From the NCBI RefSeq assembly GCF_009914755.1, contig NC_060929.1: a stretch of 64,000 nucleotides of DNA; one strand, given 5' to 3'. Shown piece after piece: positions 38,780 through 55,381 of this stretch (position 1 is its first letter; each line of letters begins with the position of its first letter). The notes beneath the pieces were generated by a model. The model worked only from the letters and a program-made list of their open reading frames with translations. It had not been told where the DNA came from and did no database searches. The translations under genes and the position numbers were made by a program. Origin of the DNA: the human T2T-CHM13v2.0 reference genome, Homo sapiens.

Positions 38780-41617
38780 AAATAAAAATCATACACACAT
38801 CACATATAAATATAGACAGAAGAAGATCCAGTAATTTTAAGATTTTTCATTTGCCAGTTTTTTTAATTACTGACTCCAGGGTGGAGCCCTTGGAGGAACA
38901 GGGCCAGGAAAGCATGAAGTTCCTATGGCCTAATAAGCAGGCACAGCTGAAAGGCAAAACATCCCTCAAAATTAAGGGTCTCATTTTTTACCAGATCCTG
39001 GATCCCAAAGAAAGAGAAGTGCTATGGAATAAGACAATGCAGTGATTTTGCCATGCATTTGATTGCAAAGCAATACAAAGCCAATCAGCCCATTCTGTAA
39101 TTAGCCCATCTTTCATGAGAGTCTTACCTCTCAGTAGCGGGTAGGGACATTTTCATTTCTTTTAGGTAGCCAAAGGCATGCTTCTCTAATCCAAACATGC
39201 AAAGAGCTATCTCCCCATAACTTCCATTAGCCAGCCCCAGAAGTACATTTCCTATCTAGTTATTACAACCAAAGCTCTCTCATAGTGTGAAGTAATTTCT
39301 GCTAACCCCAAAAGTCAAAACCATTAGATAAGGCAATGCAAAATACAACAGAGCTTTAGATTTTGAGAAGGATTTATCTGCTTTCAATTCCAGGGGTTTC
39401 ATGAGGAAAACAGAGGTTTTTCCCAAAACAGGGTCTGTGGTGCCTCCTCTGTTTTTCCCAGGGAGTCCCATAAAACTTGAATATCCACTTTTAAAAAGCT
39501 GACTTTTAACCATAGTACTCTTTAAAAAATCTTTTTAAGTCTCTTATTACATGACTTTAGCCAGGCCAAACAGCCAATATTTTTGTGCTCAGAGAAAGGA
39601 AAATTCAAGACAGTTAGTGGAGGGGAAGAGAATCAACAAATAGTGAAGGTCACACAGACAAACCAGAAAGGACTCATTCACTAAGCAAGGAATTGAACCC
39701 TGAACCTGGGCCACCATTAAGAAAAGATAAAGCCTTAGCCACTAAGCTACAGCATTGGGCAGTTTCTGATGCTTTTTCCCAGAAGGAGCCTAAAGCATCC
39801 AATTTTGTGCTTTGCAATGGGTTTTAACTGCTCAAGACAATTTTTAGAGCTGACTATGACATGAACCCTAAAATTCCTTTTCCCTGGAAAGGGGAGAGCA
39901 AGCAAAAGTACTGCCACATGATTACAAGGACATTTTTCAGTGTGTGGTCTCTGGGCAAGATGTTTGTCCTGAGTAATAGAAAAGATAAGAAAGGGAAAGG
40001 AAAGGGAGAAAAGCATTGCCTGAGGCAGGGTGGGGAAGGCAAGGTGCTCAGGGAGGCCAGAGAAAGACCCACCCAATGCAGTGACACTGAATCAAAAGTT
40101 CAGGCAGCCACTTGTCAGTTGGGGAGGGATCTTTTCCAGCAGCTCCGTCAGCTCTAAAGTTTCCCCCTTTGGGGATGAAAAAGCTCCCCATGCCCCACGG
40201 TCCTGTACATGACTAACCCTGTCACCCATAGCCTTCAGCAAAGAATGCAAGGCAGATTAATCCAAAGAGAATAGTGGTTAACTTCCCATAATAACAAATC
40301 TATTTTTAACCAAAAGGGACTTTACTGAGAGGGTGGTCTCTAACCCCCTAAATCTTAGGGAGGACTCTAACCTTCCTAAGTTCAGCCTTGACCCTAAGTT
40401 TGGTCAAGCATCCTTGCCTTTTATTAAGAGGGGCTTTTAACCCACTCTGTCTTAGGAGAGACTCTAACTCCCCTAAGCTGGGCCTCTAACCCAATCCCAT
40501 CCTTTACCCAGGTACAGCACCACTTACCCAGAGTCAGCCAATCAGTGCTGCAGTCTGTTTCCTTTGAGTCCGGGGTCTCCTCAGTATCACTTCTTTGGGA
40601 TTCATCAGGAAGATGTTACCAGAAAGGGGTCCTGATCCAAACCCCAAGAGAATGTTCTTGGACCTCACACAAAGAAGAGTTTGAGGCAAATTCATAAAGT
40701 GGAAGCAAGTTTATTAGGAAAGTAAAGGAATAGAGAATGGCTACTCCATAGGCATAGTAGTCAATTTAGTGGCTTTTTAACAGATACTTTTTTTCTCCAA
40801 CCCCTCCTACCAACATACATTATTTATCTTACAGCTCTGTATGTCAGAAATCTGACATGGATCCCACAGGACTAAAATCTAGATGTTGGCAGGCTGGATT
40901 CTTTTGGAGGTTCTAAAGGATAATCTGTTTTCTTGCTTATCTAGGTGTTGGCAGAATTCAGTTCATTGTGGTGGTTATTTTCCTGCTGTCAGCTAAAGGC
41001 TAGTCTCAGCTTCTAGAGGTAACCCATGTTCTCTGGCTTATGGCCCCCATCCTCCATCTGTGAAGCCAGCAGGGGCAGGTTGAGTCCTTCTCATGTTCTG
41101 AATCTCTCCTGCCTCTTTTTCCATTACATCTTTCTAACCAACTCTCTGCCTTCCTTTTCCACTTCCATTTCTACCCAGATAATCCAGGATAATCTCCCTA
41201 TTTTAAAATCAAATGGTTATCAAACTGAATTCCCTTTTGCCGTGAAGCAACATATTCATAAGGCTTTATACCAGAGGACAAAGATCACAGGGGTCAAAAT
41301 TCTGCCCACCATAAATTTGCTCGCCTGAATTCCTGCTTGCAAATTCATACAAACTACATATGAAAAAAATGGAAATATATTTACCAAAAAAATCAATATT
41401 TCTATCAAGATACTGAGATTAAAGGTCTGGGTGTGTTTTTCTTATATCTTACAGATATTCTACACAATGACCATGTAAATACTATTTTTAGAAGAATATG
41501 GAACGTTAACTAGACATCAACATCTAATAATGGTCTGTTTAATACCAAGCTATATAAGTGGAAGATAGTTTCTATTAATTCCCTTCTTTGGTTAACTTGC
41601 TGACCTTTCCTTAATAA

Positions 41618-41949
<332 letters not shown>

Positions 41950-42809
41950 TAATTTTTTAATGTGAGTTAGTAGTGAGTCCAGTGATGCTAATATTTAATG
42001 CAAGGTCCTCAAGTACAACTATCATGATTATTTTTATATAAGTTATTCTTAAATGACTTCGTTGATGATAGAGAGGTCTCCTTCTTTCTCTCAACCTCCA
42101 GGTTGAGATAGTTTTTCTTAGGGCAGGGCCTTCCTTCACAGCTTCATGCCTTTCACCCTTTCACCCAAATTGTCACCAATATGTCCTGAACCGTTTCTTT
42201 ATTAGTTATACCATTGGTATAATGCTTGTCTTTTTGTTTCTTTAAGTTTCCTGACACTAGCTATCTATAAAAATGTCTTTTTCTGCCTGATTTTCCTCAG
42301 GGATCTATTCTAATTTTTATATTTTTTGGCTGTGCAGTGTTGCTTTTATATTTTCTTAAAATTCTAGGTTAATTAAATTGGATATTTATTATTTCTTCTT
42401 TTTCACATGTGAAGACCCACTATATTACTTCTTATCCACATATAGAATATATAATCTTAAAATAATCTTAGTCTTCTGCCTGTAGGATTTCTTTTTAGAG
42501 GAATGTTGCATAGGCTGAACTAGAACTCCTGGCCTCAAGCAATCTTTCTACCTCCTGATTAGTGGGAATTATAGGCACCGACTGCAGCAAAGGATTTTTT
42601 TTTCCTTTTTTTTTTCTCCATCTTGGTGAATACAGGGATTTTTTTTTAAAGCACTTTATTTGCTTGGATTTGTTTGTTTCACCAATCAGTTTTATAACAG
42701 GGTGTGTATATATATATATATAAAATATGTAAAATATATAATATAAATTTATAATTACATATAATATAAATTTATATATAATATATATTTTATATATATA
42801 TATATGTGT

Positions 42810-43116
<307 letters not shown>

Positions 43117-44164
43117 TAAATAATTAAAATTGTAAAACCCAATTCTGATTACTGGGAATTTAATTTAACTATTTGAATGAAATAAAAATTAACTCTATTA
43201 CTAGAATCATCTAATTTTCAAGCAAGAAAGGCATTTAAAGATTACGTAGCACAGTACTCCTCCAGCCTGGCTCACATTAGAATCACGTGAGGAACCCCCA
43301 GGCCAATTACATTAGAACATGGTATCAGGGGGAAACTTGCAGGCATTAGTACTCCTGGGAAATCTGTCCTGCAGCTTGAATTGAAAACCGCTGACCTAAT
43401 CTAAGATTTTACTTCTACAGATGAAAAAGTTAAAGCTCAAAGGAAAACGACCAGGTAAAAAATTCAAGCCTCCTGACTTCAAACCTACTGAGTTTTCTAC
43501 TCCACAGATTGTTCTCCATCTTTGAGGTGTTCGAAGGCTTCTCTAGAGCATTCATAATTGTTCATGAAGTCCTAGGTTCTACCTCAAACCTAATGAAGCA
43601 GAATTTGTCACTCCTTAGGTAATCCAGATGAGCACCAAAGTTGAGAAACATTGCAAGTTACCTAAAGTAATGAGGTTTTTATCATATAAAAAAATATAAC
43701 TTACATTTCTGTCTTCCATTTTTTAAATTAATGGCTCTTTGTTTTTGTTAGATATATTGTTATTGTTTTTTTAATGTACCGCAATCCAATTTGGGGGACA
43801 TTTTCACCACAGCAGTAATCATTACCACAACCACTCTTCTTTCCTTTGTTTTTCCTCTCTTTTTGTAGTCCTAAATTCTACAAGATGTTGAGCTGAGGCA
43901 ATAAGTAATTGAACTGGAAAAATATGATGCAAAATGATTAAAACTAGAATGTCTAAATAGCTGCAAAGGCGTTGGCAGATATAATTGTTTAATTAGTCTA
44001 GAAAAATATAATTTAATTAATAGTTCAGTAAGTCTTAGCAAGAAGAACATTTATTGAAAACTCTCCATTTGTCAGGCACCATACTAAGCACTTTACATGT
44101 AATCCTAAGACTATCTCATAATCTTAGGATTAACTCTATAAGGTAAATATTATGTTTACCTCTA

Positions 44165-44570
<406 letters not shown>

Positions 44571-45179
44571 TCATTAACAAAGATGTCCAAGGCCAAGGAA
44601 CTTGTCTGTCTCCTTAAAAGCACTGAATAGACACAAATAGTTCTAGAAGTTAGCAGTATTGAGTACAAAGAAGAACCACTGAGAAGGCATTGAGCTACTT
44701 TCATATTCTATACTTTATATTAACTCAATTTTTCAAGACTGCTGGCTGTCCTCACGATTTTCTGGAAATTTTAGCTTCAAAACTTGACACAGGAACAAAA
44801 TAGAAGAACTGAATAAACCAATACCATGAAAAATGTGTCAAAGAATTGCCTCCAGTATACTCTAGGCTCAAATAATTCTGCAAATGCATAATTTCAAACA
44901 TTAAAAGATTAAATGTGATTAAAACTGTCATGGAAACATGGAAAGCTATTCAGTTATTTATTTTATTTTATTTTATTTTATTTTTGAGGCAGGGTCTCAC
45001 TCTATCACCCAGGCACTCTATCACCAGTACAATGGCATGATTATGGCTCACTGCAGCCTTAAATTCCTGGATTCAAGTGATCCTTCTGCTTCAGCCTACC
45101 AAAGTGCTGGGAGTACAGGCATGAGCCACCATGCCTGGCTCAGATCTTGGTTTCTAATATGCTGAAATATATTCATTTA

Positions 45180-46500
<1,321 letters not shown>

Positions 46501-46635
46501 AAGATAATTGTAGGCAGTTAAAACGTAAACTAAAACAAAAGGTATCTTCCATAATAGAAACATGAAATACTTAGGACTAATCCTAATAGGAAATTAACAA
46601 GACCTATGTGATGAAAAGACATAAAACTTCAGAGT

Positions 46636-46715
46636 GTGCTCACTTCAGCAGCACATATACAAAAATTGGAATGATACAGAGAAGATTAACATGGCCACTG
46701 CACAAGGATGACATG
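46636..46715 (+). pseudogene. 3'-truncated U6 snRNA retrocopy (U6 nt ~1-80)
   Basis: gtgctcacttcagcagcacatatacaaaaattggaatgatacagagaagatt...ggatgacatg matches U6; A-rich tail; TSD-like aaaacttca..gagt at 46623-46635 and 46742-46756. Confidence 0.9.
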
Positions 46716-47044
46716 AAGGAATTAAAAATTTTAAAAAAAGAAAAACTTCACTGAGTAATGTGAACATTTTTAGTAACTAAAAATGTATAGCATTTGCCTT
46801 TATAGAAAACTGAATATCACTAACGTGTTGTTTCTTCCCAAACTATATAATCTTAATTCAAACCTAAAAGGGGCTTATTCACTGCTAGTGAAAATGTAAA
46901 ATGGTAGTACTATGACAGTTTCTTAGAATTCAAATATATACCTACCTTTGGACCAAGCCCTTTTACTCCTCCTCAAAAGAAATGAAAATATATGTTCACA
47001 CAAACACTTGTTCTTAAATGTTCATAGTAATTTTATTTGCAATA

Positions 47045-47456
47045 TCCCTCTCAGTGGGGGCTGCTATAACAAAAATACCATATACTGCATGGCTTATAAA
47101 CAACAGAAATTTATTCCTCACAGTTCTGGAGGATGGCAAGTCCAAGATTAAGCCACAGGCAGATTCAGTTTTTGGTGAGGTCCCACTTCCTGGTTCATAG
47201 ACAGATGGCCATCTTCTCATTGTTTCTTCATACAGCAGAAGAGGCAGAGGAACTCTCTGAGGCCTTTTTTATAAGGACAGCAATCCTATTCATGTGGCCT
47301 CCAACCATATGACCTATCATCTCCAAAGGCCCCACCTCCCAACAACCATATGACCTATCATCTCCCAAAGGCCCCACCTCCAAACACCGTCACATTAGGG
47401 ATTATTAGTTTTCAACATATGAATTTTGGGAAGACACAAACATTCAGCTTATAGCA
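47045..47456. mobile_element. MaLR LTR (MLT1A-like)
   Basis: gctgctataacaaaatacca...caacagaaatttatt...gacacaaacattcag motifs. Confidence 0.75.
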
Positions 47457-48009
47457 ACCTTAAAACTGGGGGAAAAATAAGAAATATTCATCAATAGATC
47501 AGTGGATAAAGAATATGGTATATCTATACAAATGGAATAATACCCGATAACAAAAGAGGAATTAACTACTAATAACTGCAACAATATTGTTGAATCTCGA
47601 AATCGTTATGCTGGTGAAAGAAGCCAGACACACCATATAATTCCACACATAAAAAGTTCTAGAAAATGCAAACTAGCATATACTGACAGAGAACAGATCA
47701 GTGGTTGCGAAGAGCCAAGGGCAGAAGGGAGGTTATATGCAAAGTGGCTCAAGAAAACAGAGGTGACAGAAATGTGCCATACATTGTGTAATACAAGTTT
47801 CACAGGGGTTATACATCTGTCAAATATCACCAAATTTTACCTCTTAAATATATGCAAGTTATACATACATTTGTATGTATGTAAGTTATACCTCCAAAAA
47901 GTTTTTTAAAAACCTAAATCAGGTAAGGGCCAGATATGGCAAAATAATTTTTTCTTATTTGAGAATAGGAAAGAAAAAAAAATTTAATGAAAGGTAATGA
48001 GTGGGTCCT

Positions 48010-48626
48010 GTCAAAAAGCAAACTCAGACTTAGTAAGGAGACTTTGTTGGAAGGATTATTCTAAGAGGAAAAGGGTCTCTTTCAATAGGAGAAGGGGAGC
48101 TATTGCAATAACAGGAACTCTTTGACCATAATACCTGCAAGCTTCTCAAGAGTTAGGTGAAAAGAGTTTTTCTTTTATAGAGAGGAGTAAACTAGATTAG
48201 AAAGATTTGGATGTGGGCAGGTGGGATAAGAGAATGGGATTAAAGAATGTTTTACCCAGAAGCCAGCCTTCTCTCCAGAGATGCTGTTGAAGAAGGGTTA
48301 CATGCTGACTCAGACTGAGGATGGGCCAAGGTTCAGAGACCTGGCGGATAGATAGAATCTTAACCAAAGTGTGATTAACAAGCATTTTGTTCCCATTGAT
48401 CATTAGTACAAACAAGCTTAGTTAATCATTTATGAGGCAAAGAGTGGGAATTTGGAGTCTGTTTCTGGCCTTGTCATAGGTAAACAAGGCAGTATACATG
48501 AGTTTTATCTAAATTATATGGGAAAGGGTGCTTCTTTGCAGCAAGGCCTTTCTGAAACACAAAAGGGTGGGGGATTTCTCCATCTTGCTCTTTTCCAGGA
48601 GCACAGAACTTAGGTGAAATTCAACA
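48010..48626 (-). mobile_element. Probable ERV1 solo LTR
   Basis: TG...CA ends and LTR-like composition; family not determined. Confidence 0.35.
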
Positions 48627-48850
48627 CTGTCAATTTCTTCTAAACAAGGCTGCCATGTTGCACAATTCTAGAGAGCATTTTATTATTTCCCAGATAGGCA
48701 TGTAAAGATATGATAATTAAGACTAATCAACTGAAAAAAATAGATAACTGTTGAAGAGAATTCATTACAGTACATAGAAGAACCTAAAACATGATAAAAA
48801 ATGTAATAGCCATCAATGAAAAAAATCACACATTATTAAAAGTAAGACAT

Positions 48851-50313
48851 TGCCGGGACGCCCACCTCACACGTGCGAGGGTGGCGGGAGCCATGGGGGC
48901 TATGGGGATGAGCCACATGCTGGCCTCTTTCTTTGACCTGGACAGCATGCTCATCGACATGGCCAGGGTGAGCAGGAGAGACCTGTTGGAGGTGATAAAG
49001 CTCTTACAATCAAAATATCATTTTAAGAAAAGGCTGAAATCATCTGTGATAAAGTTCAAGTTAAACTCAGGAAGGAATGTTTTCATCCTTACAGTACATG
49101 CATTACTGATCTAAGGACTTCAATTGGGAAGAAGCAGTCCAGGAAACAAAAGATGGTGCCGCCAATAGAAAATTGACTGGAGAATGTCACTTCCTTTGGA
49201 AATCTACACGTTTACAGCTTATGACACTAGCAGAAAATATCAAAGTCATGCTCACCGAACTTTGAAAGAAGGTCTGCCTATTTTTATTAAGGAATGGGGA
49301 CAGACAGATCCAGAGGGAGAAGATTGAGCCTTGTGCCTGTCAGTCGTATTTCCACGCTATTGGAGGTGGAGAGCAGAGAGAGAAGCCAGCACCATCCATA
49401 TTTTATTACTGCTGCAATCTTCTCAAAGTACAACCTGGGGACTGTATGATGGTCAGTGATACGTTAGAAACCGACGTCCAAGGAGGCCTCAATGCAGGAC
49501 TGAAAGCAACAGTCTGGATCAATAAAAATGGAATAGTGCCACTGAAGTCCTCCCCCCTTCTGCATTACATGGTTTCTTCTGTGCTGGAGTTACCTGCTCT
49601 CTTACAAAAAGTATACACCACAAAGTCAGGATGTCCGCTTAAAGCACATAAAAGGGCATGATTATGAACTTCAGAATCAATGTGCAGAGTTTGAACTAAG
49701 AAAAGTTAGGGCATTCCACTTACTATGGTCCAGAATAATTTTACTTATGATTTAATGACCAATATTGCAAAGGTCCTCCCAACCCTATTGCTTTTAAGTT
49801 CAACCATTGACTGGTATTTGTATCTGAAAATTCAGATTGCATTAATACAAAGTAGTATAGCCCAGAAAATTTGAGGAAATATATTATTTGTTAGTCTGTA
49901 ACAGGAGATTTTTAAAATTAATTTTATTAATCTTTTAGTACCTTGACTGCATGATACCAAGCAGGCTAGCTTACACATGGATACACAAATGCCAGGTTTT
50001 TCTTCTGGCTTAAAAATAGATATTTTTTAAAAATAGATTTTCTAAAACACATAATAGATTTATCACAGCAACTGAATCTGGTTAATATGAAATAAGTTCT
50101 AAGTCACATGCAAATCAAGGTATTTCATCATGAAATTATTTTGCATGTTTTTAAAACATAAAACATATTTTTGCCTATTTTGGAGGTATACTTCCTTTTC
50201 TATTATGAATCTGATTTTTTTGCATGACTTTTTTTTTCAGAGGAGAACACAATTTTCTTGGTGGTGTGTGACAGATTCCTCCAGTTAAAAAATAAATAAA
50301 TAAATAAAAGCTT
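48851..50313 (+). pseudogene. NANP (N-acylneuraminate-9-phosphatase, HAD family) processed pseudogene; decayed CDS 48902-49642; 3' UTR may resume after the CATSPER2 insert
   Basis: FFDLD HAD motif I, EVIKLLQSKYH, DTLETDVQGGLNAGLKATVWINKNGIVPLKSSP..HYMVSSVLELPALLQ; intronless; frameshift near 49025 and TGA at 49263. Confidence 0.9.
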
Positions 50314-50329
50314 AAAATCTACACATGGT

Positions 50330-51222
50330 GGCTGAGTAGGGCGAGGCAGCTCACCTGAGCACGGCTGGGCCCAGTCCTGGGCTGGGGCCGGGGCTGGGAA
50401 TGGGGCGCAGTGAGGCTGTGAGCCGGCCCTGAGCCAGCCCTGCGTCGGGTGAGCGGGGCTCAGGGGGCGCCAGAGCTGGAGGCGGAAGGGTGAAGTCAGG
50501 ACTGAGTGGGTGAAGAGAACCTGGGCTGAGCAGACATGGCCACTTATCACCAAGAAGGGCAGATGCAGCTGCCCCTAGCTGATGCCATTCGTTCATGTCT
50601 CATCGATACTTTCTCATCTAGCATTTGCAAGGCTTGAGCCAAGCTGTGCCGTGGCACACTATCAGGGAGTTACTTCATCCTTCCCACCAGAAGAAACTTA
50701 TGTTGGGAGATCAACACCAGCTAGTGTGCTTCTCCATAAAGCCTCAACGTATAGGACAGATTTCACATGCCCAGAGGCTGTTGAGCAGGCTTCATGTGCG
50801 CTGCACTCAGAGGCCACCTCTTTCTTTGTGGGCCGGATGGGTCCTTGAGTGTCCTCTCTTCACAAACTTCGTCATCTTCCTCATCTTTTTGAATATGATC
50901 GTATTGATGGTTGAAATAGAATTGCTGGAATCCACAAATACCTAACTGTGGCTATTGAAGCTGAGCTTGGAGGTGGCAACTTGGTTTATCTTGTTTATTT
51001 TCATCCTGGAGATCCTTCTTATGTGGCTATCCTAGCTTTTCCTTTTTCCGGAAGAGTGTCTGGAATGTCTTTGACTTTGTTGTTACCATGTTGTGCAGGC
51101 ACTGATGAACTTGGAAGACAAAGCAATGGATGGCTTCAATATCCTTGGGCCCAGCAAAAGATAATGAAGGGAATTGTTGGAAATAGAGAATTCAAAACAT
51201 AAATGTCTGTTCAGATAGAAAA
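50330..51222 (+). pseudogene. CATSPER2P2: CATSPER2 processed pseudogene (probably CATSPER2P2), exon-skipped form
   Basis: ATG at 50536; QGLSQAVP.HTIRELL.PS.QKKL.LGDQHQLV.FSIKPQRI.QISHAQRLLSRLHVRC.QRPPLSLWAGWVLECPLF; C-terminal QALMNLEDK; TSD AAAATC(T/C)ACACATGGT at 50314-50329 and 51223-51238. Confidence 0.9.
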
Positions 51223-51885
51223 AAAATCCACACATGGTCCTCCTTTCTTACCTGTGCACAGTGAGCTTGTAGCTTCCTTGTAGTCTTTACCTCTCAAGGA
51301 AATGTTTTTACTATCTTTTCCCAGATACACAATGGGGTTGAGGGAGCTAGGCTGTCTTGCTGGAGATAAGTGCAAGCCACATGGCACCAAAAGTCATTTT
51401 TCTTCTGTGGATCCATAAAAGCAAAATTTCCTTGGTGCAGCCTAAGCATGCAGCCCCCCTTCTGTTCTCTACTGACAGTGGTTTCACCCATATGATGAAC
51501 CGAATAGAAAATTCGGTTTCGCTATGAGCCATTTCCAGAGCGCCATTTTAATACTTGAGTGACTCTTCTTAGAGTTACCATCAGCCTTAAATCTCCTGTT
51601 TTTCACATTTTTGAATATATCGTTGTTTTGCAGATTTCTATATCTAATTCAGGATTTACTTGGAGCTTAATTATTAATGGCTCCGTAGCAAGGCATCATC
51701 TTGCAACCAGAGAATTTTCTCTGGACCATTAGGCTGGACAATCTCACGATTACACTTACCAAACTTGGAGTAAAGTAGTTGATAAAGAATAAAGGAGGTT
51801 ATTAAAGTGGTTAATAAATATAATTGGATTGGTTTTTGGTGGGTTTTTCTTTTAACCGTTGGATAATAAACTACTAAATAATTAC

Positions 51886-52125
51886 AGCTGTTTGTGGTGG
51901 CCCACACCTGTAATCCTACCACTTTGGGAGGCCAAGGCGGGTGGATCACTTGAGGTCAGGAGTTCGAGGCCAGCCTGGCCAACATGGTAAAACCCCGTCT
52001 TTACTAAAAATACAAAAATTAGCCAGAAATCACTTGAACCTGGGAGGCGGAGATTGCAGTGAGCTGAGATTGTGCCACTGAGCTCCAGCCTGGGCAACAG
52101 AGCAAGACTACGTCTCAAAAAATGA
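51886..52125 (+). mobile_element. Alu with an internal deletion at the start of the right arm
   Basis: attagccag joined directly to aaatcacttgaacc. Confidence 0.8.
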
Positions 52126-52980
52126 AATAAACTAATAATGGAAAATATTAGATTGTGTGTTTGGATGTATAGCTATGTCTCCAAGATTAATAGTCAGAGA
52201 ATCAAATTGTATATTGTACCTATCTGTGAACTTATTTCTTTAGCCAGCTGTTTTTCTGTCTACTGCCAAGAAACAGGATTCTCTGTCTTGTGTGAATGCC
52301 CTTTTGTGTTTACTGCTTACTCTTGATTTTTAAAAATGTGATTGTACCCTTGACTGTCCCAAAGTGTTGTTTCTATACCACTGAACATTTGTGAACAGAG
52401 TGTATTTGTAGTTTCAGATACAGTACCTATATGACATTGATCATATTTTAGCTATTTAAAACTTAAGTTGGAGGATTTTGGCAAAAGTAGTTATGTGGAT
52501 GATTGCTCTAATAGACTGGTTGGCATGTGTGATGCTGGGGGCTCATTCTTTTAGCTGTCCCACAGGATGGATGTATAGGCAGTGTCACATTCATTACACT
52601 ATGGATAAAGGTTCATCCCTTTTACACAGTGGTGACAAATCTCAACAAGGTAGTTCCTAGGATGTTAAGTGAGCAGTTCTTCAGCAAAAATAATGTAGGA
52701 GAAAAAAATGGAATTATTTAATTTCCTTGTCTTCACAGTTTGTATTCTACATAGTACAGTAAGACAATATTAAATTCCATTTGCACCCTTCCTTACGGAA
52801 GAACTTTGTGGTTATCTACCTTCTGAGTGGAATGTTACTGAAGATATTTTTAAATATTGAAATAAACCCATGATTTTATTAATAATTTTTCATTTTAGAC
52901 TAAGATCCCTTAAAATTAAAAAATGTTATAACAGTGAAAAAAAAATATGATATCTTTGGATAAAAAGCAAGTTAGAACTA

Positions 52981-53850
<870 letters not shown>

Positions 53851-55381
53851 GTAAATCTTTTTTAAAAGAAATTTTTTTAAATCCACTGCTACACTCCCAC
53901 CCATAAGGAGCAGATATATCTTTAACTTGGAAGTGGTTGCTGATATGGAAGAAGAAAAGATTTGGAGAAGTTATATCATAAGACCATTGAGCACAGACCT
54001 GATAATCAACGAATGTGCACAGATATGACCAAAAACCTATTAAAATGCTGATTTACAGTATCCCCTGCCTGGAGCCCCATTTTTTCCTACTTTTGATCCA
54101 GCACCAAAGAGGTAGGGTTAGCACAGAAAGAGGCCTCTAGAACCCTGATCCAGCCCTGCTATTTGCATCCATTACAATTGGTCAAATGAGTCCTATGTGG
54201 TACTGATTCTTAAATATTTTAATATTATCCTTGATTGTATAGATATCACTCAAGAGCATTTTTAGGACCAGTAGGAAGAACCATCTCCTCCTCATCTTCC
54301 TTCCTCCCACTCGTGCTGTGATATAGCTATGTTAAAGAAGTTTACTTTTGTAATTACCTGGAGGGATGAGAAAGAACATTATTTACTGAAAATGTTCGGC
54401 ATTAGGAGACTGGAATAATACTCAATAAAATAATTATCTGTGATGCTAAATAAAACATTTGTCAATAGGGGTGAGAAGTGAGGAGAGAGAGAAGAGCAAA
54501 GCTCAAAGGCAATGTATGGGAAGGCACCACAAAAAGGTAATGGAAGATAGACTCCTATTTGTCTGTGGCAACTCACACTACCTCTCCTCAGGGATTCCAA
54601 AGCTGGTATCAATAGTCTAGGCTTATGGATATTGTTCCATATGTTAAACTATCTAAGGAGATAAAAATCCCAACCTTGGAATTCCTTGAGGAACATCCCC
54701 TCCCAAAATTTTGAGCCCCAATAAGCACCTTGGTCTAACATGTCACCTGTTATCTCCTCATTCTAGCCAATAACTAAAAGTCATAAGCCCTGAACCTATC
54801 TCTCCTTTTGAATTATTCTGCTTTGAAATGAAATGTAGACAGAAGTATAACTTCGTTTAAAAGCATCCTGGCAGTTACCTTTTGCTCTTTATCCTTAAAT
54901 CCTTGAGAGAAAATGTTGGAAAATAATTATTAGTAGATTTTGGGCTTTAATGTTCAAGTTCCATAATCAGTATACACAGAGTCAAGATCCTTGAGCACAA
55001 AGAGGCCACTTTTGCTCATCTGCTTCCTCCAGAGCAACAACCCTGTATGTGAGTTTCTATGGTAGCCTGCAAGAACCTTAAAATTAAGAACTGTCTTCTA
55101 TCAACCCGCCCTTCATGTAGTGAACCTAACTATTAACAAAGAGCCTCAGAATTGTGCTAGAATTCAGTCTGAGACTAAAATATGGGGACACAAACCATCC
55201 TTATATAATTATGAAATTCTGGAACCACTAGGCTCCTCAGTGATAATCTTGTATAACCTTATACTTAAAGAAACTAAGAACCAGATATTTTAAGTTACTA
55301 GTGAAAGATTTGACAGAAGGCAGTGGTAGATAGAACCAAGCCCCCACTTCCTTTCATGTATTTTCATAAAGGTACTACATA

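Noticed and set aside
48851-51238. NANP-CATSPER2 fusion transcript or chimeric retrogene
   Set aside because: The CATSPER2 portion has its own TSD, so it inserted independently, and both CDSs are disabled.
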